From Candidatus Dormiibacterota bacterium (GTDB lineage: Bacteria > Chloroflexota > Dormibacteria > Dormibacterales > Dormibacteraceae), in contig DASTIX010000014.1 of NCBI GenBank assembly GCA_035717165.1, forward strand, positions 503 to 64,502: a stretch of DNA of 64,000 nucleotides, read 5' to 3'. Shown one piece after another: positions 42,879 to 51,172 of the stretch. A model generated the notes under the pieces. That model worked only from the letters and a program-made list of their open reading frames with translations. It searched no databases and was not told where the DNA came from. A program made the translations under genes and the position numbers. Numbering within the stretch: the first letter of the stretch is position 1; every line of letters starts with the position of its first letter.

Positions 42879-43847
42879 GTGGAACACGTCAGCGAGACCG
42901 GTGGGAGGCTGCGGCTGGCCCTCGGCCTGACGCTCGCGATCCTCCTGGTGGAGTTCGCGGGCGGACTGCTGTCTCATTCGCTGGCCCTTCTGTCCGATGC
43001 CGGTCATGTGCTGACCGACGTCTTCGCGCTCGGCCTCGCGTGGTTCGCGGTCGAGCAATCGCGACGCCCCGCCGACCAGCGTCGGAGCTATGGCTACCAG
43101 CGTGTCGGGATACTGGCGGCGCTTCTCAACTCTGTGACGCTGGTCGTGATCGTCATCGCGATCGCCGTCGAGGCCGTTCGCCGATTGATGGCGCCCGAAC
43201 CCGTGCACGGTGGAACGGTCATCGCCACGGCGCTGGCCGCGATCGCGATCAACGCCTTCGTGATCCTCACGCTGCGCAGCAGCGGCCGCAACCTCAACCT
43301 CCGGGCGGCGCTCCTCCATGTGACCGGTGACGTTGCCGCATCGGCAGGCGTCGTGGTGGCGGGCATCGTCATTCTGCTGACCGGCTGGCTCTACATCGAC
43401 CCGATCCTTTCCCTCGCGATCGCATCGCTCATCGCCTACGGCGCTTGGGGCATCGTGCGCGAGACGGTCAACCTGCTGATGGAGGGCACTCCGCGTGCGG
43501 TCGACGTGGCGGCCGTGACCAAGCAGATCACGAAGACGCCGAAGGTGATGGGCGTGCACGACCTCCACGTCTGGGCGCTGGCCCCGGACCAGCTCGCGCT
43601 CAGCTGTCATGTCGTGGTCGACGACATCTCGCTCGCGGATGCCGAGCATGTCGTGCGTGACCTTGAGCACCGGTTGTGCGACGGCTTCGCCATCGGGCAC
43701 ACGACGATCCAGGTCGAGAGCTGCCACCCCTGCGGCGAGATCCATCACGGACCGGGTGAGCACAACCACCCGCACGAGCACCCGGTGTTTATCTCTGAGA
43801 GACCAGCGCCTCCTCGCGCTGCAGGATCCTCCGCGCCACCGCTATAG
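42879..43847 (+). CDS. CzcD-type cation diffusion facilitator transporter
   Basis: HSLALLSDAGHVLTDV, LHVTGDVAAS, and the His-rich tail HHGPGEHNHPHEH. Confidence 0.9.
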   Translation: MEHVSETGGRLRLALGLTLAILLVEFAGGLLSHSLALLSDAGHVLTDVFALGLAWFAVEQSRRPADQRRSYGYQRVGILAALLNSVTLVVIVIAIAVEAVRRLMAPEPVHGGTVIATALAAIAINAFVILTLRSSGRNLNLRAALLHVTGDVAASAGVVVAGIVILLTGWLYIDPILSLAIASLIAYGAWGIVRETVNLLMEGTPRAVDVAAVTKQITKTPKVMGVHDLHVWALAPDQLALSCHVVVDDISLADAEHVVRDLEHRLCDGFAIGHTTIQVESCHPCGEIHHGPGEHNHPHEHPVFISERPAPPRAAGSSAPPL

Positions 43848-45498
43848 CCGACGCGTACGTGGAGTCCATGCCTCGGTAGCTGAGCCCGCGTGCGCCCAGG
43901 GTGCGCGCCTGCGTGTACGGCGTGTCGGATGCGTAGTGGACGATCCCGAGGTCGAAATGCGCCTGCGCCATGTTGACGCTTTCATTCACGGGATATCGAT
44001 CGGGCTGGCCGATCTCATAACCCGCGTCGAGGTAGGGACCGGCCTCCATCTCGACAACCGTGTAGCGGCCCTGGTAGTAGAAGTCGAGATAGTCGCGGTT
44101 CTGCAGGAACGTTCCGCGCACCGTGACCGCGCGTTGATTGTCGAGCGCCGATCCATACACCAGGTTCGGCTGCACGTCGGCCGCGGTGAAGCAGTTGTCC
44201 AGCCAGTACGTGTTTCCGGAGTGCTCGTTGTAGACGACGTTCGGAATCATCACGTCGCCGACGTCTGCGTTCAACGTCGCCGCTTTACCCAGCACGTACA
44301 CGCCGGCGACCCACGTGGCCTGCTCCGCCACCTGGCGCAGGATGTGGTACGCGGCCTCGCCGAGCGGGTAGTCGACGTTGAGGATGCACGCGTCGGATTC
44401 GCGCAGCTTTGCGGCGTCGACCACGCCCACGCGGGGATCGATCGCCGATGCGTCGAGCTTGGAGAGCATGAAGACCTGCGCCGCCGAGTCGACGCCAGTG
44501 CCGACCGCCGGAATGTGCCGCACGCCGTTGGCGGCCTCGAGCTCGGCGCGCCATTTGCGCAGCCGGTCGCGCTCGGGGTGCGCATCGAACACCTGCCGCG
44601 CGCCGTAGTACAGCCAGTTCTGCCGCGAAGCGCGGCTGTGGCCGGCCTCGAGCTTCCGCCGTTCGTCGTCGAGGTCGCGGTCGTTGCGGCCGATCCAGTC
44701 GACGATCTCGTTCTCGATCTGCATCGCGACGCCGGTCAGCACGTTGACCAGGCTGTGAGCGTTGGACGACACGAAGTAGACAGGCGCGTCGCGCGCGCCG
44801 AGCTGGTCCATCGCGCCTGCAATCGGAAGCCACCAGCGACTGGCGTTGCGGGCGAAGCCGAGGTGACTGCCACCGATCAGCCGAAGCACGATGCGGCACT
44901 CCTCGCGTTTGATCGCGGCAATGTTGGAGTCGAAGCTGTCGCCCCATGCGTCGCGCAGGCGGCGCCAGTCGTCTGACGTTGCGCCGGCCGCATGGCGTGC
45001 GTCCTCATCGGTCAGCGGCACGTCCTGGAGCGAGCGATGCAGCTTGTTCCACTCGATCTGGAAGGCCACGAGCGTGGGCACCAGGTCGTCGATGTCCGAG
45101 GAAGACGCGATGAGCACGGCGAGGGTGTCCTTCCCGTCGTTGTACCAGCGGCGGCGCCGCGCCGGCGCCTTCACCGCCTCCCATTCGAGGATGTCGGCGC
45201 CCATCACCGCGCGGAAACCTTGCGGGCTCTGGCCCATCACGACGCGCCGGCAGCGGCTGATCGCGGCCGGCAGGCGGCGCACCGCGTACAGCAGCGCACC
45301 CATGTCGGACTGCGGCTGGGCGGCCAGGGGGTGAAGTACCGACCCCATACCGAGGTGGGCCTGAACGAGTGATTCGACCTTGATGTCGCCCGAGCTCTGG
45401 AGCATCGTCGTGTACGTACGCACGTACAGTTCGACGGCGTGCTTGCCCGACCAACCAGCATTGGGGCCCGCGCTCGGCGGCGCTTCCATGCCGCTCAC
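43789..45498 (-). CDS. conserved-looking hypothetical protein with a C-terminal nucleoside-phosphorylase-like domain (tentative)
   Basis: 569-aa ORF. C-terminal VDYPLGEAAYHIL...VYVLGKAATLNADVGDVMIPNVV...VVEMEAGPY resembles the PNP/UDP phosphorylase fold. The N-terminal ~350 aa are unrecognised. Confidence 0.55.
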   Translation of the reverse strand: MSGMEAPPSAGPNAGWSGKHAVELYVRTYTTMLQSSGDIKVESLVQAHLGMGSVLHPLAAQPQSDMGALLYAVRRLPAAISRCRRVVMGQSPQGFRAVMGADILEWEAVKAPARRRRWYNDGKDTLAVLIASSSDIDDLVPTLVAFQIEWNKLHRSLQDVPLTDEDARHAAGATSDDWRRLRDAWGDSFDSNIAAIKREECRIVLRLIGGSHLGFARNASRWWLPIAGAMDQLGARDAPVYFVSSNAHSLVNVLTGVAMQIENEIVDWIGRNDRDLDDERRKLEAGHSRASRQNWLYYGARQVFDAHPERDRLRKWRAELEAANGVRHIPAVGTGVDSAAQVFMLSKLDASAIDPRVGVVDAAKLRESDACILNVDYPLGEAAYHILRQVAEQATWVAGVYVLGKAATLNADVGDVMIPNVVYNEHSGNTYWLDNCFTAADVQPNLVYGSALDNQRAVTVRGTFLQNRDYLDFYYQGRYTVVEMEAGPYLDAGYEIGQPDRYPVNESVNMAQAHFDLGIVHYASDTPYTQARTLGARGLSYRGMDSTYASAIAVARRILQREEALVSQR

Positions 45499-45530
45499 TC
45501 TAGCCTTCGAGCCGACTTACAAAACCATGA

Positions 45531-45559
45531 GGAACCTCGGAGCCTGTTCGGTGCGTAAT
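45531..45559 (+). promoter_or_regulatory. candidate ECF-like promoter GGAAC-N18-CGTAAT
   Basis: GGAAC 45531-45535 and CGTAAT 45554-45559. ATG 45567 lies 7 nt downstream, so the transcript could be leaderless. Confidence 0.3.
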
Positions 45560-46301
45560 GGTTGACATGAAGAGCCTGTTCACAGCCCGCATCCTCCGCG
45601 TCGCCGGTCTCGCCACGGGCGCGGTGGCCGTCGGCATCGCCGCCATCGCAGTCACCGCGTCCGCATCCGGCATGTCGTTCAGCTTCAATCGCGCTTCCAA
45701 TAACTCGGCCGCTCAGTCCGCCGGAACGGCGGTCGACGCGACCTCATCGTCGAGCGTGTGCTCGACCTTCATGCAGCACTTCGCGACGAACATCGGCAAG
45801 TCGCAGTCGCAGATCAACTCCGCGTTCCAGAAAGCGGTCGCCGACACGCTGGCCGACGAGGTCAAGTCCGGCCAGATCACGCAGAGCCAGGCCGACGCGA
45901 TCAAGGCCAAGCTCGCCAACCAGACGCCGTGCACGCTTCCGACCGTGCGCGCGCATGGCGGCGACAAGAGTGCGATCGGCGCCTATATGCAGCAGTACCT
46001 CGCCGCCGCGGCGTCCGCGCTGGGCATCTCCCAGTCGCAGCTCACGACCGATCTGAAATCTGGTCAGTCGCTGTCGCAGATCGCGTCGGCGCAGCACGTT
46101 TCCGAGGCGGATTTCCGCACCAAGCTGATCGCCAATCTGACGCCGACCCTCGACCAGGCCGTGGCCGACAAGAAGATCACGCCGGCGCAGGAGCAGATGA
46201 TCATCGGCCGGCTGCAGACGGGTCCGCTGCCGCTGTGGAATCTGCCGGCGCACAAGCCGAGGGCGACCGCACCGACGACCGCGAGCCCGAGCCCCGCCTG
46301 A
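45558..46301 (+). CDS. secreted helical-repeat protein (hypothetical)
   Basis: Signal peptide MKSLFTARILRVAGLATGAVAVGIAAIAVTASASG from ATG 45567. Repeated SQSQ.../Q-rich amphipathic segments. Confidence 0.55.
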   Translation: MVDMKSLFTARILRVAGLATGAVAVGIAAIAVTASASGMSFSFNRASNNSAAQSAGTAVDATSSSSVCSTFMQHFATNIGKSQSQINSAFQKAVADTLADEVKSGQITQSQADAIKAKLANQTPCTLPTVRAHGGDKSAIGAYMQQYLAAAASALGISQSQLTTDLKSGQSLSQIASAQHVSEADFRTKLIANLTPTLDQAVADKKITPAQEQMIIGRLQTGPLPLWNLPAHKPRATAPTTASPSPA

Positions 46302-46372
46302 TCTAAGAACCCGGACTGCCGGCAGTCGCGGGTTATTCCAAGCTCTGAATCCTGTGAGCGCCGGCACTCGCG

Positions 46373-46540
46373 CTAGTTAGGAGGGCGCTGCTCCAGAGCC
46401 CGCGCGATCCGCTCGGTCGCACGGGCGACGCGCACGAGCGAAACAACGCTGATCACGATCGCCGCGATGGCGAGAGCGACCCCGCCGAGGTAAAGCAACC
46501 CGAACAGCGCGACCAGTCCGTGGCCGAAGTCGGTCGACAC
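46373..46540 (-). CDS. possible 55-aa single-TM protein
   Basis: Own translation from GTG 46540: VSTDFGHGLVALFGLLYLGGVALAIAAIVISVVSLVRVARATERIARALEQRPPN. Below the ORF-track length cutoff. Confidence 0.25.
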   Translation of the reverse strand: MSTDFGHGLVALFGLLYLGGVALAIAAIVISVVSLVRVARATERIARALEQRPPN

Positions 46541-46675
46541 GCCGAGAGTCTAGTTCACGACCTCCGGTAGGATCGATGCGGACGGCGCGATGAGGCTCGC
46601 TCCTTGAATCGCCGGGGCCACACGATCTAGCGGCCCGGCTGATGGCCTCTACGAATCACTCGTGGAGGTAACCGC

Positions 46676-47839
46676 ATGGACACACTGACCACTGCCACCC
46701 TGGCGGCTCTGTTGATCCTCATGGCCTCGATGCTCAGTGTCGAGCTCGCGCTATCGGCGGCGATCATCGAGATCGTCCTCGGCGTCTTTGCCGGCAACGT
46801 CCTGCAGGTGACGACGAACGCGTGGATCGACTTTCTGGCCGGCTTCGCGGGCATCGTGCTGACGTTCCTGGCCGGAGCCGAGGTCGATCCTTCGATCCTT
46901 CGCAACAAGTGGCGTCAAGCGGTCGGGATCGGCGGTCTGTCGTTCGTCATCCCGTTCCTCGCCGCGGGCCTTTTCGCATATCTGGTCGGTCACTGGACCT
47001 TCAGGCAATCCGAGGTCGCCGGGGTGGCGCTGTCGACGACCTCGCTTGCGGTCGTCTATGCCGTGCTCGTGGAAACGGGCCTGAGCAGGACCGACATCGG
47101 CAAGATCATCATGGCCGCGACCTTCGTCACCGACCTTTGCACGGTGCTGGCTCTATCGGCGCTCTTCATCACGCCGAATCCATTTCTCGTCCTTTTCGTC
47201 GTGGTGTCGGTCGGCTGCATCGTGGCGATGGTCGTGCTCGAGCGCTGGTTCTTTGGGCGCTATGGCGACAGGGTCATCGAACCTGAGATCAAGGGCGCGT
47301 TCTTCGTCCTGTTTCTGCTCATGTGGGTCGCGCAGCTGGCGCACAGCCAGGCCGCGCTGCCCGCCTTTCTCCTCGGGCTCGCCGTCGCACCCGTGTTCCA
47401 GCGCAATGCGGAACAGCACAAACGGTTTCGCGTCGTCGCGTTCTCGTTCTTGACGCCGTTCTTCTTTCTGAAAGGTGGGCTGAGCGTCAACCTGTTTGCG
47501 CTTCTTGGCGCCATCCCGTTGCTGCTCGGATTCTTCGCAGTCAAGATTGCCGCGAAGTTCGCCGGCGTGCTTCCGGTCAGCCTGCGCTTTGTCCGCCCGC
47601 ACGCGATGTACACGACGCTGCTGATGAGCACGGGCCTGACGTTCGGCACCATCTCGTCGCTGTACGGATTGAATGCAGGCATCATCGACCGCGCCCAATT
47701 CTCGGTGCTGATCACGACCGTGATCCTTTCCGCGGTGGTGCCGACGTTCTTCGCGCAGCGATTCTTCTCGCCGCCGACGCATCCGCTGACGGCGGCAGAG
47801 ACGATCGACGTCGAGGACGAGGAGTTCGCGCCGGGTTAG
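46676..47839 (+). CDS. cation:proton antiporter (Na+/H+ exchanger, CPA family)
   Basis: 387-aa ORF with about 11 TM segments. GGAGG lies 8 nt upstream of the ATG. Confidence 0.8.
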   Translation: MDTLTTATLAALLILMASMLSVELALSAAIIEIVLGVFAGNVLQVTTNAWIDFLAGFAGIVLTFLAGAEVDPSILRNKWRQAVGIGGLSFVIPFLAAGLFAYLVGHWTFRQSEVAGVALSTTSLAVVYAVLVETGLSRTDIGKIIMAATFVTDLCTVLALSALFITPNPFLVLFVVVSVGCIVAMVVLERWFFGRYGDRVIEPEIKGAFFVLFLLMWVAQLAHSQAALPAFLLGLAVAPVFQRNAEQHKRFRVVAFSFLTPFFFLKGGLSVNLFALLGAIPLLLGFFAVKIAAKFAGVLPVSLRFVRPHAMYTTLLMSTGLTFGTISSLYGLNAGIIDRAQFSVLITTVILSAVVPTFFAQRFFSPPTHPLTAAETIDVEDEEFAPG

Positions 47840-47855
47840 ACCGCCGCGTTGCCTG

Positions 47856-48203
47856 TCAGAACGCGCCCCACACGCCTGCGTTGCGATATCCCTTGAGCAG
47901 CGCAATTCCGATGGCGAGCTGAACGGCGCCGATCACCGCCTGGAGAATCACGTACCAGGTGGGAGCAGTGCGCTGAAGGACGCCCGCGAGCTCGAGGACT
48001 GAGGCGGGAACGCGCAGGGCGCCGGCCAGGAACGCGACGACGATCAGCCAGAAAGTCCATCGCCACCGCCGCACCACGCCCGCTGCCAGGATGGCGATCA
48101 AAGCCAGGATCGCGACCAGGAACGACCCCTCGGTCAGAGGCCTCTGCGCCACCTGCCCATACACCGACGGCGCCCACAGCAAGATCGCGATCAGCGCGAC
48201 CAC
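47856..48203 (-). CDS. small four-TM membrane protein (hypothetical)
   Basis: 115-aa hydrophobic ORF. Confidence 0.45.
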   Translation of the reverse strand: MVALIAILLWAPSVYGQVAQRPLTEGSFLVAILALIAILAAGVVRRWRWTFWLIVVAFLAGALRVPASVLELAGVLQRTAPTWYVILQAVIGAVQLAIGIALLKGYRNAGVWGAF

Positions 48204-48247
48204 GACGGTCGCAAAGAAAGCGAGGACTACTCCCTGACTGCGGTTGA

Positions 48248-48619
48248 CTAGTTCAGCTCGTCCGGCGGAGCGCCGGTTCCCCCGAGCCTCCGCATCAGCT
48301 CTTCGAGCAGTTGCCGCGTCTCGGGATCCGCCATCAGCCGTTCCTGCATCTGCTCCGCCGAGCGCCGTATCTCAGGGTCCGCCATGAGGCGTTCCGACAT
48401 CGCCTGGAACCGTGTCGTCATGTCCTTCATCGCCGTCTCCTGCGCGACCTGGATCAGCACAGGCTGGCTTGCGGCGGCCGCGACGGCTTCGGCCTGGACG
48501 CGCACCATCTCGATGCCCTTGCATCCCAGGCATTCGCCCTTCAGCCCGCAGTGACAGAGCTGCGGACGCAGGCGGTCGAGCGCCGCGTGTAGTTCCGAGA
48601 GATCGACAGGCCCTGCCAC
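48248..48619 (-). CDS. hypothetical protein with a CHC..C..C cluster and a duplicated ERLMADPE(I/T)R motif
   Basis: 123-aa ORF. Motifs read directly from the translation. Confidence 0.45.
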   Translation of the reverse strand: MAGPVDLSELHAALDRLRPQLCHCGLKGECLGCKGIEMVRVQAEAVAAAASQPVLIQVAQETAMKDMTTRFQAMSERLMADPEIRRSAEQMQERLMADPETRQLLEELMRRLGGTGAPPDELN

Positions 48620-48629
48620 GGCAGCAAAT

Positions 48630-50201
48630 CTACGAGTCTTTCGATTTCCCCGCGTACATGGCTTCGATCTCGTCGCTGTAGTGCTCGGCGACGACCTTGC
48701 GCTTGACGTCGAGCTTCAGCGACAGCTCGCCCGAGTCCTCCGTGAAGTCGTGCTGGAGCAGCGTGAAGTACTTGATCGTCTCCCAGTGGCCCAGGCCTCC
48801 GTTGACCCGATCGACGAGATGCTGGACGCGCTGCTCCACGTCCACTCCCTGCGCCTTCGCCGCGTCCCAATCGGGAACGATCAACGCGGTTACGTAGGGC
48901 TTGCCCTCGCCGACGACGACGGCCCTCGCGATGAGCGGATCGCTTAGCAGCTCGTGCTCGATCTGCAGCGGTGCGATGTACTTGCCTCCGGCGGTCTTGA
49001 ACAGCGACTTCTTGCGGTCCGTGATGCGCAGAAATCCGTCGGCATCGATCTCCCCGATGTCGCCCGTATAGAACCAGCCGTCCTTCAGGACCTCCTCGGT
49101 CGCCTCCGGCTGTTTGTGGTACGCAAGCATGTTGCCGGGTCCCTTGACCATGATCTCGCCGTCGGGCGCGATCTTCAGCTCGACGCCGGGGAATGGCCTG
49201 CCGACCGTGAGGAACCGGTGCGCGTGGAGTGTGTTCGAGCACGCGCCCGCCGACGTCTCGGTCAGTCCCCAGCCGTTCAGGATGGGAACGCCAAGCGCCC
49301 AGAAGAACTCCTCGATCTCACGGGCCAATCCCGCACCGCCGCTGACAAAGAACCGAAGGTTGCCACCAGTCAGGGTGTTGCGAAGATTCTTCAGCACCAG
49401 GCGATCCGCGAGCCGGCGCTGCGCGCGCAGCACGGCCCCAGGGTGCTCGGCCCGAGAGAATCGCGTGCCCACGCCAAGGGCCCACTTGAAGATTGAGCGC
49501 CGTGTCGAACTGAGCGAGTGCACCCGCGCCATCACGGCCGCATACATCTTTTCGTAGACGCGCGGGACGCTGTTCATCACAGTCGGTTTGACGTCGGCGA
49601 TCTCCTCGGCAAGGTGGTCAGGCCCGCGGGAGATCCAGGCCTCCATGCCGAGGTACAGGCAGAGGAAGACGTCGTTGATCCTGCCGTACGAGTGCGCGTA
49701 AGGCAGCCAGGAGATGGAAGTGTCCCTCTCTGTAATCGGGTGGACGGCGGCCGCGGCGCGAATGATGTCGACCAGGTTGCGGTGCGCGAGCTCAACGCCC
49801 TTGGGTTCACCTGTCGTCCCGGACGTGTAGATGATGGTGCACATATGGTCCGGGGAGATCGCGGCCAGCCGGCGCGCGATTTCGTCGATGTGCTTCGGCT
49901 CAGCCTCGACCCACTGGGCCAGCTCGCCGTCCATCGTGACGGTGCGAGTGGGCGCAAGCTTGGCGGCAATGCCGGCGTCGCTGGCGATTCCGAACGTCGC
50001 CGCGCTGTTGTTGGCGATCGTGCGCACCGCCTCCTGGGAAACGTTTGGATAGACCGGGACGGTGATCGCTCCGATGCTCTGGATCGCATAGTCGCAGTAG
50101 ATCCACTCGATCCGGTTCTCCGACATCAGCAGAACGCAGTCGCCCGCCTTCACGCCCGCATCGATCAAGCCGGACGCGACCGCGAGGACATGCCGGCGCA
50201 T
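48630..50201 (-). CDS. long-chain acyl-CoA synthetase (AMP-forming); true start probably upstream near 50333
   Basis: IIYTSGTTGEPKGV and YTGDIGEIDADGFLRITDRKK. The conserved N-terminus TVGVLFRQFAKYGDRPLVHF...WQVFTWED is in frame upstream of ATG 50201 without any ATG/GTG/TTG. Confidence 0.85.
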   Translation of the reverse strand: MRRHVLAVASGLIDAGVKAGDCVLLMSENRIEWIYCDYAIQSIGAITVPVYPNVSQEAVRTIANNSAATFGIASDAGIAAKLAPTRTVTMDGELAQWVEAEPKHIDEIARRLAAISPDHMCTIIYTSGTTGEPKGVELAHRNLVDIIRAAAAVHPITERDTSISWLPYAHSYGRINDVFLCLYLGMEAWISRGPDHLAEEIADVKPTVMNSVPRVYEKMYAAVMARVHSLSSTRRSIFKWALGVGTRFSRAEHPGAVLRAQRRLADRLVLKNLRNTLTGGNLRFFVSGGAGLAREIEEFFWALGVPILNGWGLTETSAGACSNTLHAHRFLTVGRPFPGVELKIAPDGEIMVKGPGNMLAYHKQPEATEEVLKDGWFYTGDIGEIDADGFLRITDRKKSLFKTAGGKYIAPLQIEHELLSDPLIARAVVVGEGKPYVTALIVPDWDAAKAQGVDVEQRVQHLVDRVNGGLGHWETIKYFTLLQHDFTEDSGELSLKLDVKRKVVAEHYSDEIEAMYAGKSKDS

Positions 50202-50362
50202 GTCCTCCCAGGTGAAGACCTGCCACGGCCCGTTCCCGTCGCGAAAGTGGACGAGCGGCCGGTCACCGTACTTGGCGAACTGCCGGAAGAGAACGCCGAC
50301 CGTGGCGCGCTCGGGGATTGATTCGGGGTCGATGGCCGTTGAAGCGATCGCCCTTGAGCCCG

Positions 50363-50827
50363 TTACTTGACCGCCTTGATCGTCAGCGTAAGGGTGCCCG
50401 ACGGTACGGACACGGTGACCTTGTCGCCCTTCTTCTTTCCGACAAGCGCACGGCCGACTGGCGAGTCCACCGAGATCCGGCCCGCCGTCGGGTCGCTCTC
50501 CACTGCACCAACCAGGTGATAGGTCTCCGCCTCGCCGTCGGTGTCGACGACCTCGATGGTCGAGCCCGGACCGGCCACGCTCGAGTGGGTGTCCCGGATG
50601 ATCTGGGCCCGGCCGATCATCTCCTGCAGCTCGTAGATCCGGCTGTCGAGAAGCCCGACCTCTTCCTTCGCCTGCTCGTACTCGGGGTTGTCCTCGATGT
50701 CGCCCGGCTGGAATGCTTCCTTGAGGCGTTCGCCCGCCTCGCTGCGACGGCGCGTTGCGACCTCGAGATCTCGCTTGAGCTTCTCGAGACCCTCGGGCGT
50801 CAGCAGAACAGGTTCGGTGAGATCCAT
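50363..50827 (-). CDS. greA: transcription elongation factor GreA
   Basis: 154-aa ORF. Coiled-coil N-terminus LTPEGLEKLKRDLE...NPEYEQAKEE. C-terminal domain VSVPSGTLTLTI. Confidence 0.95.
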   Translation of the reverse strand: MDLTEPVLLTPEGLEKLKRDLEVATRRRSEAGERLKEAFQPGDIEDNPEYEQAKEEVGLLDSRIYELQEMIGRAQIIRDTHSSVAGPGSTIEVVDTDGEAETYHLVGAVESDPTAGRISVDSPVGRALVGKKKGDKVTVSVPSGTLTLTIKAVK

Positions 50828-50860
50828 AACCCAGCCCTTAATCGAATAATAGCCCGGCGT

Positions 50861-51172
50861 ATGGACCCTTCCGATCTCAGGGCCGAGCTCGCCGAACAGT
50901 TGGCGAATAGTACGCCAATCGACGCGGAAACGTTCAACGCGGCCTGCTTCATGCTGACCAGGGAGTTGGACAACCTCGAGTTCAGCGTGCCCGACGCCGC
51001 GCCTCTGGTCAGGCGCCTTCTGCGTGTCGCCGGACGAGTAGTGATCGACACGGCGATGGTCGATTCCTCACCCGAAACATGGGACAACACGCGCGAGATG
51101 GCGCTGGAGTGGATCGACGAGGCGCTGAAGGCGTTGGGCTACGAAGCCCGGCCGGTTGAAGACGCCGGCTAG
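50861..51172 (+). CDS. hypothetical protein
   Basis: ATG 50861 (MDPSDLRAELAEQL...), 103 aa. The longer ORF from 50318 is antisense to greA. Confidence 0.4.
   Translation: MDPSDLRAELAEQLANSTPIDAETFNAACFMLTRELDNLEFSVPDAAPLVRRLLRVAGRVVIDTAMVDSSPETWDNTREMALEWIDEALKALGYEARPVEDAG

Noticed and set aside
41943-43781. Upstream extension of the fumC ORF to 1083 aa
   Set aside because: It is antisense to the well-supported Ppx/GppA and CzcD genes and has no fumarase homology. TTG 41942 gives a canonical ~470-aa FumC.
46560-46675. Possible c-di-AMP (ydaO-type) or other riboswitch in the 115-nt leader of the cation/proton antiporter
   Set aside because: GAATC and GGGG blocks are present, but I could not align them to the consensus order from memory. 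An Rfam/Infernal scan is needed. Not claimed.
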